From the IMG/VR virus record IMGVR_UViG_3300023174_000057, positions 64,001-128,000 of that record: a stretch of 64,000 nt of DNA; one strand, written 5' to 3'. Both the position numbers and the translations under genes were made by a program. The stretch is from a virus. Positions 63,740 through 64,000 of this stretch are shown in pieces (the stretch's first letter is position 1; every line of letters starts with the position of its first letter). The notes below the pieces were generated by a model. It was not told the DNA's origin and searched no databases. It worked only from the letters and a program-made list of their open reading frames with translations.

Positions 63740-64000
63740 ATGGGCACCCTTCGCACCTCCCTCATCCGGCTGGCTCATCAGAACCCCAGCCTCCGTCCTC
63801 ATCTTCTCCCCATCCTCAAGACGGCCCGGAACTCGTTTGAGTTCCTCCTGTCCGTAGGGGTGAATCACGACATGGCGGATGCCGTGCGGATGGACCGGGG
63901 CGGGTCCACCGAGAGCAACGCCGACGAGAGCTACGTCGAGCTCGTCCAGTACTCCCACCATGGGATCAAGAACTTCTTGGACGGCGAGCGGGTAGGACGC
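63740..64000 (+). CDS. Protein with N-terminal LRTSLIRLAHQNPSLRPHLLPILKTA tag (3' truncated by window)
   Basis: Open to the window end; ATG 14 nt after TTATC; not in the ORF track. Confidence 0.75.
   Translation, partial: MGTLRTSLIRLAHQNPSLRPHLLPILKTARNSFEFLLSVGVNHDMADAVRMDRGGSTESNADESYVELVQYSHHGIKNFLDGERVGR

Larger units (their letters stand above)
1..64000. mobile_element. Segment of a large tailed dsDNA bacteriophage genome (replication/accessory genes plus head morphogenesis module)
   Basis: Terminase, portal, prohead protease, scaffold and major capsid genes in canonical order; dense co-oriented ORFs; inteins and free-standing homing endonucleases; no host housekeeping operons. Confidence 0.95.

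Noticed and set aside
1-64000. Complete DGR (RT, Avd, template repeat) in the window
   Set aside because: No ORF with reverse-transcriptase motifs and no AAC-rich template copy found by eye; cassette 6 is closest to the template but is itself mutated.
1-64000. Alternative genetic code or stop-codon reassignment
   Set aside because: Conserved genes are full length under the standard code, and all three stop codons are used as terminators.

Overview
GC-rich segment of a large tailed dsDNA phage genome; no integrase or host housekeeping context is visible. Left (1-11.7 kb): primase C-terminus, small accessory genes, intein-containing ThyX, tRNA-Tyr, DnaX, a NusG-like factor and a tandem sigma-region-4-like regulator. 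Centre (11.7-52.6 kb): virion morphogenesis block with intein-containing large terminase, portal, prohead protease, scaffold, HK97-fold major capsid protein (resembling mycobacteriophage Bxz1-type capsids, from recall), fibre and neck proteins, interrupted by homing-endonuclease genes. Right (52.6-64 kb): accessory genes including a deaminase, zincin peptidase, GGCT, Fe/Mn SOD and a vWA protein. Four observations stand out. (1) A tandem array of six translationally coupled ~60-aa mini-genes plus one diverged copy (1318-2556), each essentially only the variable region of an FGE/C-type-lectin DGR target, carrying an AAC->NNC adenine-mutagenesis signature, with no RT or template repeat in the window. 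(2) Two portable peptide tags, LRSKVIRLAHQNPALRPHLLPLL and RVA(S/A/T)R(Y/F)L, attached to many unrelated proteins, which may be head-packaging signals for cargo such as a topoisomerase IB polyprotein. (3) A neck-like gene fractured by an atypically split Ser1/Ser+1 intein with an endonuclease gene between the halves. (4) Two recurring phage-specific promoter-like motifs that appear to drive leaderless transcripts. All calls come from reading motifs by eye; no database searches were run.
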